64,000 bases of DNA, from positions 149,856,001 through 149,920,000 of the forward strand of contig NC_058368.1 in NCBI RefSeq assembly GCF_018350175.1, given 5' to 3'. The notes beneath the pieces are model-generated. The model saw nothing but the letters and a program-made list of their open reading frames with translations, did not search any database and had not been told where the DNA came from. This stretch comes from Felis catus (lineage: Eukaryota). Position 1 is the stretch's first letter. The number at the start of each line of letters is the position of its first letter. Positions 1-11,857 of this stretch are shown here, piece after piece. Both the position numbers and the translations under genes were made by a program.

Positions 1-3000
1 TTGAGTTTTAGAAGTTCTTTATATATTTTGGATATTAACCCCTTATCAAATACATCATTTGCAAATTCAGTAGGTTTTCACTGTGCAGAAACTTTTAATT
101 TTGATGTAGTCTCAATAGTTTACTTTTGCTTTTGCTTCCTTTGCCTGAGGAGACCTATCTAGAAAAATATTTCTATGGCTGATGTCAAAGAAATTACTGC
201 CTGTGTTTTCTTTAAGGAGGTTTATGTTTTCAGGTCCCCCTTTATGTCTCTAATCCATTTGGAGTTCATTTTTGTGTATGGTATAAGAGAGTAACCCAGT
301 TTTCATTCTTTTGCATGTACGTGTCCAGTTTTTTCAACACCGTTTATTGAAGAGACTGTCTTTCTCCCCGCAGCATATATTGTTGACTCCTTTGCCCTAG
401 ATTAATTGACCACATAATTGTGAGTTTATTTCTGGGCTCTCTTTTCTGTTCCATTGATCTATTGGGTCTGGGTTTTTGTTTTTTGTGTACTATTTTTTGC
501 CAGTACCATACTGTTTTGATTACTACAGCTTTGTAGTATATCTTTATATCTGGGATTATGATACCTCCAGTTTTGTTCTTCTTTTTCAAGATGGCTTTGG
601 CTCTTGGGGGTCTTTTGTGGTTCCATGCAAATTTTAAGATTATTTGTTATAGTTTTGTGAAAAATGCTATTGGTATTTTGATATGGATTGCCTTGAATCT
701 ATAGTTTGCTTTGGATAGTATGGACCTTTTAACAGTGTTCTTCCAAGTCATGAGTATGGAATATCTTTCCATTTGTTTGTGTCATCTTCAGTTTATCAGT
801 GTTTTATAGTTTTTAGGGTACAGGTCTTTCATTTCCTTTAAGTTTATTCCTAAGTATTTTATTATTTCAGGTGCAGTTGTAAATGGGATTGTTTTCTTTT
901 TTTTAATATGAAATTTATTGTCAAATTGGTTTCCATACATCACCCAGTGCTCATTCCAACATATGCCCTCCTCAGTGCCCATCACCCACTTTCTCCTCCC
1001 TTCCACCCCCCCATCAACCCTCAGTTTATTCTCTCAGTTTTTAACAGTCGTTTATGGTTTGCCTCCCTCCCTCTCTTTTTCCCCCCCTTCCCCTCCCCCA
1101 CGGTCTTCTGTTAAGTTTCTCAGGATCCACATAAGAGTGAAAACATACAGTATCTTTCTCTGTATGACTTATTTCACCTAGCATAACACTCTCCAGTTCC
1201 ATCCACATTGTTACAAAAGGCCATATTTTGTTCTTTCTCCTTGCCAAGTAGTATTCCATTGTATATATAAGCCACAATTTCTTTATCCATTCATCAGTTG
1301 ATGGACATTTAGGCTCTTTCCATCATTTGGCTATTGTTGAAAGTGCTGCTGTAAACATTGGGGTACAAGTGCCCCTATGCATCGGTACTCCTGTATCCCT
1401 TGGGTAAATTCCTAGCAGTGCTATTGCTGGGTCATAGGGTAGATCTATTTTTAATTTTTTGAGGAATCTCCACACTGTTTTCCAGAGCAGCTTCACCATT
1501 TTGCAGGGTTATTCGTATACAGTATCATGTCATCTGCAAATAGTGAAAGTTTTAATTCTTCTTTACCTATTTGATGCCTTTTACTTCTTTTTCTTGTCTG
1601 ATTGCTTCAACTAAGACTTACAGTAGTCTGTCGAATTAAATTGGTGAGAGAGGACGTTGTCTTGTTCCCGAATTTAAGGGAAAAGCTCTTAGTTTTTCAT
1701 CATTAAGTATGATGTTACCTGTGGGTTTTTCATATATGGCCTTTGTTATGTTGAAGTATGTTCCCTCTTAAACCTAGTTTGTTGAGAGTTTTTATCAAGA
1801 ATGGATGTTGTACTCTGTGAAATGCTTTTTTCTGCATTTGTTGAGATGATCATATGGTTTTTATCATTTCTTTTGTTAATGTGATGTATCACGTTGATGG
1901 ATTTGCAAATATTGAACCACACTTGCATCCCTGGAATAAATCCTGCTTGATTGTGGTGAATCATTTTTTTTAATGTGTTGAATTCGGTTTGCTAGTATTT
2001 TGTTGAGGATTTTTACATGTGTTACTCAGATTTTTTTTTTTTTGTAGTGTCTTTGTCTGGTTTTGGTATCAGAGTAATTAATGTTGGTCTTGAAAAATGA
2101 ATTTGGAAGTTTTTCTTCCTCTTCTATTTTTTGCAATAGTTTGAGAACAATAGGTGTTAACTTTTCTTTAAATGTTTGGTAGATAGATGGCACCTGTGAA
2201 AGTCATCTGTGAAGTCATCTGGTCCTGGACTTTTGTTTTTTGGGAATTTTTGCTTATTGAGTTTGTCTCATTGCTATTAACCAATCTATTCAAATTTTCT
2301 GTTTCCTCATGATTCAGTTTTGGAATAATATTTGTTTCCAGGAGTTTATTCATTTCTTCTAGATTGTCCAGTTTATTTTACAGTGTTTAGTATTTATGTG
2401 ATGTTGGTTGTTACTTCTCATCCTTCATTTCTGATTATATTTCCTTCAGTTCTCTTTTTCTCCTTTATGAGTCTATCTAAAGGTTTAATATAATTTGCAT
2501 ATATTTTCTAAGAACCAGCTCTTTGTTTCATTGATCTTTTTCTGTTGCTTGTTTTGTTTTTGTTTCTGTTTCTTTTATTTCTACTCAAATCTTTATTATT
2601 TCCTTCTTTATTTTGACTTTGGGCCTTGTTCTTCTTTGCTAGCTCCTTTAGGTCTTAGGGTTAGATTGTTTATTTGAGATTTTTCTTATTTCTTGAAGTA
2701 GGCCTGTATTGTTATAAAGTTCCCTCTTAGAACATTTTTTGCTGCATCCCAGATTTTGGACTGTTTTGATTTTCATTTGTCTCATGTATTTTTTGATTTC
2801 CTCTTTGATTTCTCGGTTGACCCATTCATTGTTCAGTGTAGCATGTTATTTAGTCTATATGTATTTATGTTCTTTGGAGATTTTTTTCTCATGATTGATT
2901 TCTAGTTTCATAACATTGTGGAAAGAAAAGATGCATGATATGATTTCAGTCTTTTTGCATTTCATTCTTTTTGAATGTCTTGAATTTTTTTTGTGGGCTA

Positions 3001-3490
3001 ATGTGATTTACCCTGGGAAGTGTTATGCAGTGTCCTGTATATATCTGTTAGGTCCATCCAGTCTAATGTCCAATGTGTCATTCAAAACCACTCTTTTCTT
3101 GTTGGTTTTCTGTCTGGATGATCTATCCACTGATATAAGTGGGATGTTTAAGTCTTCTACTGTTACTGTATTACTGTCACTTTCTTCCTTTAAGTCTTAA
3201 TAGAGTTAATAGCACTATGTATTTAGGTGCCTCCATGTTGGGTCCATAGATATTTATGAGTGTTATATCCTCTCATTAGATCATTCCTTTTATTATTTTA
3301 TTATGTCCTTCTTTGTCTCTTGTTCACAGTCTTTGTTTTAAAAGTCTATTTTGTCTCATAAAAGTATTGTTACCCCAGCTTTCTTTTCACTTCCATTTGC
3401 CTGGTAAATGTTTTTCATCCCTTCACTTTCAATCTGCATGTGTCTTTAGGTCTGAAATGAGTCTCTTGTAGGCAGCATTTAGATGGTTCT
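1..3490 (-). mobile_element. Older decayed LINE-1 (ORF2 region) antisense to RASA1
   Basis: Minus-strand fragments [23 protein letters not shown] (344-589) and [29 protein letters not shown] (1746-1964) are L1 ORF2 motifs; many frame disruptions. Confidence 0.93.
893..1506 (-). mobile_element. Younger 5'-truncated carnivore/felid L1 3' end nested in the older L1
   Basis: T-rich tail at about 893-904; L1_Fc-like 3' UTR; ORF2 C-terminus YTMEYYLA..KIWPF..MWMELESVMLGEIS (1041-1277). Confidence 0.85.
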
Positions 3491-4444
3491 TGATTTTTTT
3501 GTTTTAGTCTTCTAGTATTTTTACTTTGCAATTTGTTTTTTAAGCTACCGTCAAAAATAATAGGAGATTCTAAGAATTAATGACAAAGTAATAGAGGTAT
3601 GATCTAGGGTTGTCAGCTTGGCTGTACAGGTGCTAATCAACAAGATAGATAATAGATCTTCAGGTAAATGAAAGGAGATTTTAAGAAATTTAATTACTAA
3701 TAATTAATTTTTAAAACCAGATGTGTCATTTTATTTTAAGGTAAAATTTAAATACTTTAGTTATATGCAGTGGATCTTGACTATAATGCCATTTATAATA
3801 ATTTCTAAATGCTTATTTTAAGTATACAGAAACTAAAATACTCTAGCCATCTAATTTGTTATGCTATCAGCTCAAACAGAATTAGGAATGCTAAGACATT
3901 CTTTTACTTCATTTCTTGATGCTGGTATCCAGTCTGTCATGGCTCAGCCTTATTTTCTGACTTTAAGGAAAGTATTAACCAGTCAGGTCTATTTTCTTTC
4001 AAGAGAGAACCTATCACCTATTGTAGGGGAAGTTCATTTTGAGAGTAATGTGAGGAAAATTCACTGAGTAATTTTTTTTCTGGATAAATCTGTAGTGGGC
4101 TCTACCTGTACCATCCCTCCTAATACCAAGAAAAGAGAACACTAGCTATGATGTAAGCATATAACAGTTTGTCATTCTCAGAATTAAAATCATTGCTGTT
4201 TTTGTATTGTTAACTAATAAGGAAATTATAGTTCATACTAGTCCCTGATTTTTCTATATTTTGTTGAAAGTATGTGTGTTTAACAAAGTGTAGTAACATA
4301 AATGTAGAAGGAATAAGATAATTTGATCAGTTGTATTTGTATTTATTTCATTATTGCACCTTGAATTAAACTTGTGTTTAATTTTGATTGTATAACAGCA
4401 AAAAGGACTTTAGATTCATATATTTAATTTGTTCTCCTTTTAAG

Positions 4445-4497
4445 ATGGTTCCATGGGAAAATTTCCAAACAAGAAGCTTATAACTTATTAATGACAG
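4445..4497 (+). CDS. RASA1: RASA1 exon 7 (53 nt), start of C-terminal SH2: WFHGKISKQEAYNLLMT
   Basis: ttttaag|ATGGTTCC...ATGACAG|gtaatt. Confidence 0.96.
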
Positions 4498-6233
4498 GTA
4501 ATTGTATATTCACTTGCCTTTTCTAATATCTTTATTAAAAAAGTAAAAGAGAAAACCAACAATTTATCATCTGTTTTGCCTTTAGCACTAATTTGATATT
4601 TATACATACTGTAATTTCTTGCCCACCACAGAGAAACTGGTGTACTTGTTATCTGGTGTTTTTTAGTTGAATACATATATGCAGTATAAAATTCAGTGAC
4701 ATGTGTTTCTTTCTGTCTGAGTTCCCAATTTCTTCACTAGAAGCAGCACCAGATGAGAGGGTTTTTTCTGTATTTTTGTAAGTTTTCAGTGTCTGTATGT
4801 ATCTCCCTTCCTCACTTCTGCATGCACCCCTAAACATACCCCCTCCACACACATTCACAGGAATGTGCAACACACTTTTTTCATGTTAGAATATATTTTG
4901 GGTGATCATTCCATATCTGCTTATATAAGTTTTCATTATTCTTTTGAATAGCCATAAGCTTCTGTTAGATAATTATGGTTTTTATATATCTATAGAGGAA
5001 TATTGTGTAGTTTTTACTTTTTTGCTCTAGCAGATGTTCTTGCATTTATCTTTGTGCACTTGTGGAATTACAGAACTGTGCCTTATTTAAAATATATTAA
5101 TTTCAACCTTTCCTAAAACTCTGGTTATAGAGGTATGTAAAGTAAAAATTGACTTATATTGTGGGTTTATCATTTAAATTAGAAACAATCCTGTCATCAT
5201 TTATCCTAACATTTAATACTGAATTAATTTAACTACAAAATATCTCTTTAGTAAACCACACTTTATAAGGATTTGAGACCAGTTTAAGCCATAATCTACA
5301 GTTGAGAAATACTAGTTCTTTAAAAACAACCAGTGTTTGATAGTTTCTGTATATAGTGATTATTAAAGGCGTTATCTGAATTATTGTTTTGAATTACAGG
5401 AATTGCAGTTTAATATAATTAATTCTTGGCTCTTTTGAAAGACTCAAGACAGTTTCAGAGGTGTTTGATTTTCTTGTGAGGATGTAGGTTAAGCAGGTTA
5501 AAAATAAACATGATGATGCTGCATGGTAGTAATAGATACCAGACCCTCAACCAACATGACATGCTATCAGCCTTGAGAGTGGAACCAAAATATTTATTTT
5601 AACGAATTTACTGAATTTTGAATATAAGTTTATATTTTTGAACTTGCACCATCAAGGACTTGAAGCACTCATTCTTGTTTTAGGCATTTCAACTTGAAAA
5701 GGAGCTAAACTTAATTTCTATACGTTACTTTTTATTTCCTTTGGGTCATGTGCTCTTTTAAGAATTTGGTGATATTTTCCCCTGAAAAGTGCACCTAAGC
5801 ACTTGCATGCATAATTTTGCATGAATTCCTATTCTTTGTATTGAACATGAAATTACTTGGTAGTAAGTGTCTTGGCTAGATGATTGGAGCTGTCGATAAT
5901 TTACATGAAAATTACATCTCATATTCTAAGTATTCATTGTGTTTTCCTAAAAGCAATCAAGTTCTGATGTTTCCTGTTTGATTAGTACTTAAGACAAAGA
6001 GAAAACTAAGCATTTTAGTTTTAAGAGTCACTGCCTATCAAAGATATCAAAAAGACTTCCCTAAAATTAGTGAGAAAATCTTAAAATACGGTAATTTATT
6101 TTTATGTGACTTTTCAGGTTCTTACCTATTAAATGAAAGGTAGTGTACATGTACTGATTTTGATGAGGTGTACACATACTCCATTTTTAATCAACCTTTA
6201 TAAGCTTTGGCACTATTTTATTACAGTTATTAC

Positions 6234-6428
6234 TTTTTTTTTTAAGTGTTTGTTTATTTTGGAGAGAATGAGTGGGGCAGGGGCAGAGAGATGAAGAGAA
6301 AGAATCCCAAGGAGGCTCTGCACTGTCAACAGAGTGTGATGTGGGGCTTGATCTCAAGACTGTGAGATTGTGACCTGAGCTGAAATCAAGAGTCAGACAC
6401 TTAACTAACTGAGCCACCTAGGTGCCCC
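6234..6428 (-). mobile_element. CanSINE (SINEC, older carnivore type)
   Basis: Reverse tRNA-derived head ending ggtgcccc, T-tail, imperfect TSD agtta(t/g)tacttttt. Confidence 0.85.
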
Positions 6429-6855
6429 TATAGTTAGTACTTTTTCATGTTTAATCAGAAGCATTGATTAAATAGAGTATTCCTAAACAAAATTTACTGT
6501 TTGTAATTTATTGACTATTCTTACTAAGAGGACTTACAGACAGTGTGTGGCCATTTTACCCCAAATTCTCTGTTAGATTATTCTTTCCAAGTTATGACAG
6601 GTATAGACATTATTAACCAGAAATCACTGCTGTAGACTTCTGTATTTTTATGTGTTACAGAAATGCAACATCATGGGCGGTTGTGACTCATACACTAGAA
6701 AATACAAAAATGTGTTAAAATAGTCTTTATTATAAAGCAAGTTCCTGGTGAAAGTTTATGACTTTTGAATGTACTTTATAATTAGGATACTTAACATTTT
6801 TTTTTCTTTTTTATTTGATAATTAGGAAATAAAACTAACAGCTTCATTTTTACAG

Positions 6856-7006
6856 TTGGCCAAGTCTGCAGTTTTCTTGTGAGGCCTTCAGACAATACTC
6901 CTGGTGATTATTCACTTTACTTTCGGACCAATGAAAATATTCAGCGATTTAAAATATGTCCAACACCAAACAATCAGTTTATGATGGGAGGCCGATATTA
7001 TAATAG
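6856..7006 (+). CDS. RASA1: RASA1 exon 8 (151 nt), SH2 core with FLVR motif: GQVCSFLVRPSDNTPGDYSLYFRTNENIQRFKICPTPNNQFMMGGRYYN
   Basis: tttacag|TTGGC...TAATAG|gtaagt. Confidence 0.97.
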
Positions 7007-7392
7007 GTAAGTTGTGAGAGATTTTAGTTATCTTTTACTTTTGGCAAAAATAGTTGAAATTTCAATAATGTAGTATATCAGATTCAAAACTGCATAAAAG
7101 TTGCTTCTTAAAATTTAAAATTATAAGGCCTTCATTATAATTTAGTAGTAGTCATGTCCAAGAATTCTTTAGACAGGGTCAAACATGAATATAAGTTAAT
7201 AATTGATAATTTGTTTTCTTCTAAGATAATTTATGTTGTTGATTATGCACAAACTGTTTACAGAAAATTTGCTAAGTCCTTATATTATCTGTAGGATAGC
7301 AAAACATCTGTTCTAAGAAAAAGAAAATATTTTACATTTTCTTATCAGTGAGACATTTTAATAGGAAAAAAGGTTCTTAAAGAGTAAACAGA

Positions 7393-7616
7393 GGGGCGCC
7401 TGGGTGGCGCAGTCGGTTAAGCGTCCGACTTCAACAGGTCACGATCTCACGGTCCGTGGGCTCGTGCCCCGCGTCAGGCTCTGGGCTGATGGCTCAGAGC
7501 CTGGAGCCTGTTTCCAATTCTGTTGTCTCCCTCTCTCTCTGCCCCTCCCCCGTTCATGCTCTGTCTCTCTCTGTCCCAAAAATAAATAAAAAACGTTGAA
7601 AAAAAATTAAAAAAAA
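7393..7616 (+). mobile_element. Young felid CanSINE (SINEC_Fc type)
   Basis: GGGGCGCCTGGGTGGCGCAGTCGGTTAAGCGTCCG head, CT-rich body, A tail; TSD AAAGAGTAAACAGA at 7379-7392 and 7617-7630. Confidence 0.95.
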
Positions 7617-8627
7617 AAAGAGTAAACAGAGACTTGTTACAAATGTTAGTCATGTAATTGGTTTGTTCTCAAGTTGGTATTTCTTTGTTGTAATTATTGG
7701 ATCCTACTTGTCATTTTTAAAATTCTAAGTAAACTTGTTGCTTATCCCAAAACTCAGAATGAACTTTAGCCACTTGATCAGAAAAATAAGTTAATAGAGA
7801 AACTGTATGATAGAATGTTAGCTTTTTAAAATTTTTTTCTGTATATTAGAAAGTAATCTTTCATCCCCCCTCCCCCCGCCGAATGTAAAGAATTTCCTAT
7901 ACTGATAACTCTAGAGTGGCATTATCTTCCTCTTGGAAGCTTTCGTAAACTAAAATGGTGCCATTTGCCTAGGTTACTCCCTTAATACCACAGCAGTATT
8001 TTCCATTCTATTTAGAATTTCTCTTAATTCCAGCTTGACCTCTGAGCGTATAGAGATTCAGCAGGTGGTTCATCTTAGAAAACAATACAAACAAAAAACA
8101 AGTAGAACTTGCTTGCCTAGGAGGCCAGTGGACAGTGATAAGATATCAAATGGAAGATGTGAGTCTAGTAACTGGGATCCTTTTTCACACTTCTTATAGA
8201 AAAGCTGCTTGAGTGGCTTCTGTATTATAGTTCGATGTAGATACCCTCACTGAAAATCCACCTAGCTGCACTTTGAGCTCTATATAAAGGTCAGTTAATT
8301 TTTCCCATTGTCCAGTTTTCTAGGGATTTGGAATATATAAAACTCTAAGTTGAAAACATATTCTTAACTAAATTGATAAATGTCTGTCTGGAGACTAATT
8401 TTAAAGATAAAATAATTTACATAGATTTATTTTCAGGGAAGTTTGTTTACTGACTCAAACTTTGTTATAATGCACATTCTGCAAAGATGAAAATTCTTCC
8501 TGCATAATGGAGGATGTCTTTTTTATTGATAAAGAACTGAATGAAATAGGAAGAAAGAAGTATTTGAAGTATATTTCTTTCTAAATTATTACAAAATTAT
8601 TAGTCTGCTTGCAAAATGATGAGTCAA

Positions 8628-8848
8628 GGGGCGCCTGGGTGGCTCAGTCAGTTAAGCCTCCGACTTTGGCTCAGGTCATGATCTCGCAGTTTGTGAGTAT
8701 GAGCCCCGTGTCGGGCTCTGTGCTGACAGCTCAGAGCCTGGAGCCTGTTTCAGATCCTGTGTGCCCCTCTCTCTGCCCCTCCCCCACTTGTACCTTGTCT
8801 CTCTCTCAAAAATAAACATTAAAAAAAAAATACTTTCATAAAAAAAAG
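8628..8848 (+). mobile_element. CanSINE (SINEC)
   Basis: GGGGCGCCTGGGTGGCTCAG head, A tail; imperfect TSD gcaaaatga.ga.tcaa. Confidence 0.9.
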
Positions 8849-9136
8849 CAAAATGAGGACTCAAAATTTTTTAAGTAGATACTAATTTAGTGGTTGTGAT
8901 CATTCCCCCAAATTTTCTTTTTAGTTTTATTTATTTGATAAAGTTCAGGAGTATTGTTGTTTCTAGTATTAATGTTAAAAAGTTTTTTTTAACGAAAGCT
9001 AGAATTATGTAAATCTGATGCCTGAAAAAATGCAGTTTTACAGTTATTTTGGGAATAGATATTTCAGCATGGAAATATATTCCATTTCAACATTAGTGTC
9101 AATAATAAAGTAACTCTTGGAAGATACACGTTTGTG

Positions 9137-9457
9137 GGACACCTGGCTTGAGACTCAGTTGGAAGAATATGCGATTCTTTAAAAAATTTTTTTTTAATGT
9201 TTATTTATTTTTGACAGAGACAGAGCATGAGCAGGGGAGGGGCAGAGAGGGAGGGAGACACAGAATCTGAAGCAGGCTCCAGGCTCTGAGCTGTCAGCAC
9301 AGAGCCTGACACGGGGCTTGAACTCACAGACCGTGAGATCATGACCTTAGCCGAAGTCGGATGCTCAACTGACTGAGCCACCCAGGTGCTCCACAGAGTA
9401 TGTGATTCTTGATCTCAGGGTTGTTGAGTTCAAGTGCCACATTGGGTATAGGTTACT

Positions 9458-9460
<3 letters not shown>
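9137..9460 (+). mobile_element. Old short CanSINE interrupted by a younger minus-strand CanSINE (about 9188-9392)
   Basis: Head at 9137-9180 resumes after 9393; duplicated target aga(a/g)tatg(c/t)gattctt flanks the inner element. Confidence 0.8.
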
Positions 9461-9511
<51 letters not shown>

Positions 9512-9535
9512 CACACACACACACACACACACACA
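9461..9535. repeat. Compound (AT)n(AC)n microsatellite in a SINE tail
   Basis: Direct reading. Confidence 0.95.
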
Positions 9536-10883
9536 ACAAAGATACAACTTGGTGATTAGCAATGATTATTTAGATATGTAAATATAAAATGGGAATATCC
9601 ATTAAATTTGTGTAACAGAGACATACTCTACTGTCTTCTCCCCATTAATTCTACATTAGCTTTTTGATAAAGAGATAACACTTAAGTCTGTTTCATTTAG
9701 AAACTGCTTTGTTGAAACATAACCTTAACAATCCTATATTAAAACTTTTAGAAAAGCAGGAGAGTCATTTAACAGCAAATAAAATTCAGTGAACATTTAT
9801 TAACTAATTTTCTTTGTGAAATGTACAGCTCCTGTGCATATTCATTAAAGAGAAAAATCTATGAAGTACAGGTCTGTGAGAAAAGATGGCAGGCTGACTG
9901 ATGAGTTCTGGGATGTAAACATGGACATAGGAGAGTCAGTGGAAAGAGGGTAGTTGAGATGGTGATGAGAATGAAGAGGAGGTAGGATTTTGGTCAGACC
10001 TTAAAGATTACTAACATTTATCTAGGGGTTCAAGAAGAGAGAGATACCCATTTATTTATTTATTAAGTAAATTACTAAAATGCAAGTATAAGACATAGTA
10101 GTATCTCTAGAAACTCACATTTATTTTACAAATCAACTTATAGTGAACATGTTTTAGTTTTCTGAGATGTAAATCTATCTGATTTCATGTCTAAAACCTT
10201 TATGGAATGTCTAGGAAATTGTGGTTTGTTGTGTCTCCCTTGATTATTGTTTTAGGTATATCTGGGAAGAATATGAACTAAAGTAATTTAAAGAAATCTT
10301 GAAAATCCAACTCATTGGTAAAAACATATCTGGTTGTCACACACTTTTAAATTTGTTCTTGGGCAGTCTAAAGTGTACTCCATAGCAGTGTCCTGTTCTT
10401 TGAGCTCATGGACAAGAATTATATAGTGACACTGACATGATCCACAGGATCAACTGCATTTTTTTACACTTAGAAACCTTTTAATATTTGCTATTTCTCA
10501 TAAATTTGATGCTTTTTGCTTCGAACCACATCGTCATCTTTGTGATGGTATCTGTCTTCACATGTATTCTTTTCTGATTTTCTTTTTCTTTTAACATTTT
10601 TGGATTTGTATGTGGTATTACGTATTTTCTTTAAAAGCTTGTAACCATCCTTGTCTTTTTAATGTTAATACATTTTTATGTGTCTCATTTTGCACCTCTC
10701 TCTTCGTTGTATAAAATGCTGCGTCTGGTATTTAGTTCATATCCACTCATAACTGTTTTTTTATTAATCTTTTCAAGTCTTCTATTTTGCTGTTTTTAAC
10801 ATTATATGTGGTTTAAATTAATTTTGTAGTATAGCAAAGTTATTTTATCTTTGGAGATCTATATATGTATATATACATGTGAT

Positions 10884-10909
10884 CTGTGTGTGTGTGTGTG
10901 TGTGTGTGT
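10884..10909. repeat. (TG)n microsatellite
   Basis: Direct reading. Confidence 0.9.
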
Positions 10910-11778
10910 ATACACATACGTCTCTAAAGATAAAATGTATCTTCCAATTCTGTTAGTAGGGAAAACTGTGGAAAAAATCAAGTGGAAGGTTAAATAAGAT
11001 CTGTTTTGAGAAATGTTTGCTAGCTGTCCCCAAAGTACCCATTCCTCCAGTATATTAAAGAATAGTTTAAAAGTGTAGGATTTAAGTATTCAGGGCAATA
11101 AAAGGGCCTACTGATTATACAGAACACTTTTATATTGAAAAAACTCATTATACCATGCTAAAATCTGTGTTAAAATACATTATATAATGTCATTTTATTT
11201 TCAGCTTTATTGGTAAAATTTCCCAAGTAGTAGGAATATTTTGTAGCATTGTTTATAAAAATTATGAATAAGCCTTTCCTGTTGTAGCAATAATCCCACA
11301 TGTAAAATCAGCTCCTAGTCTTTTGTTTGTTTCTGCTTTTACCTGCTGTGAATACGTTTTTTGATCTAACTTCATCTGATTGTTATAAAAGCAGAATGTA
11401 AGTGTTTTGAGGATAAAAATTCTTAAAATTTACTTGAAGTCAGTACTTTATCAGTTTTCTCAATTGCTCTTTTAAAAGTAATGCTCTTTTAAAAAAAAAT
11501 GGTAGACTTTTATTCTTTCCTTACTTGTAGTGACTTCTTGGGTATATGTATGCAACATTGGAATCTCTGATTCAGGTTTTTCTGACCTGTAAACCAATTC
11601 TTGATTTTCTAAAATAATGTGACTATTATAATCATATTTACTATTAATGTATTTGGGTTATATGCTTGGGAAAAACGCAAACAGATAATCCTTGCTAATA
11701 GGGTTTTTGTGTATTTTCAAGATTTGTATTTTTTATAAGACAGATTATGTCAATATTAGTTATTTTTATTTTTAACAG

Positions 11779-11857
11779 CATTGGGGACATCATAGATCAC
11801 TATCGAAAAGAACAAATTGTTGAAGGGTATTATCTTAAGGAACCTGTACCAATGCAG
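11779..11857 (+). CDS. RASA1: RASA1 exon 9 (79 nt): IGDIIDHYRKEQIVEGYYLKEPVPMQ
   Basis: ttaacag|CATTG...ATGCAG|gtcagt. Confidence 0.97.

Noticed and set aside
5740..5830. Possible small Charlie-type MITE fragment
   Set aside because: Too short and too diverged to call from recall alone.
7393..7470. tRNA-like A/B box sequences at SINE heads
   Set aside because: CanSINE heads are tRNA-derived; no complete cloverleaf tRNA gene was seen.
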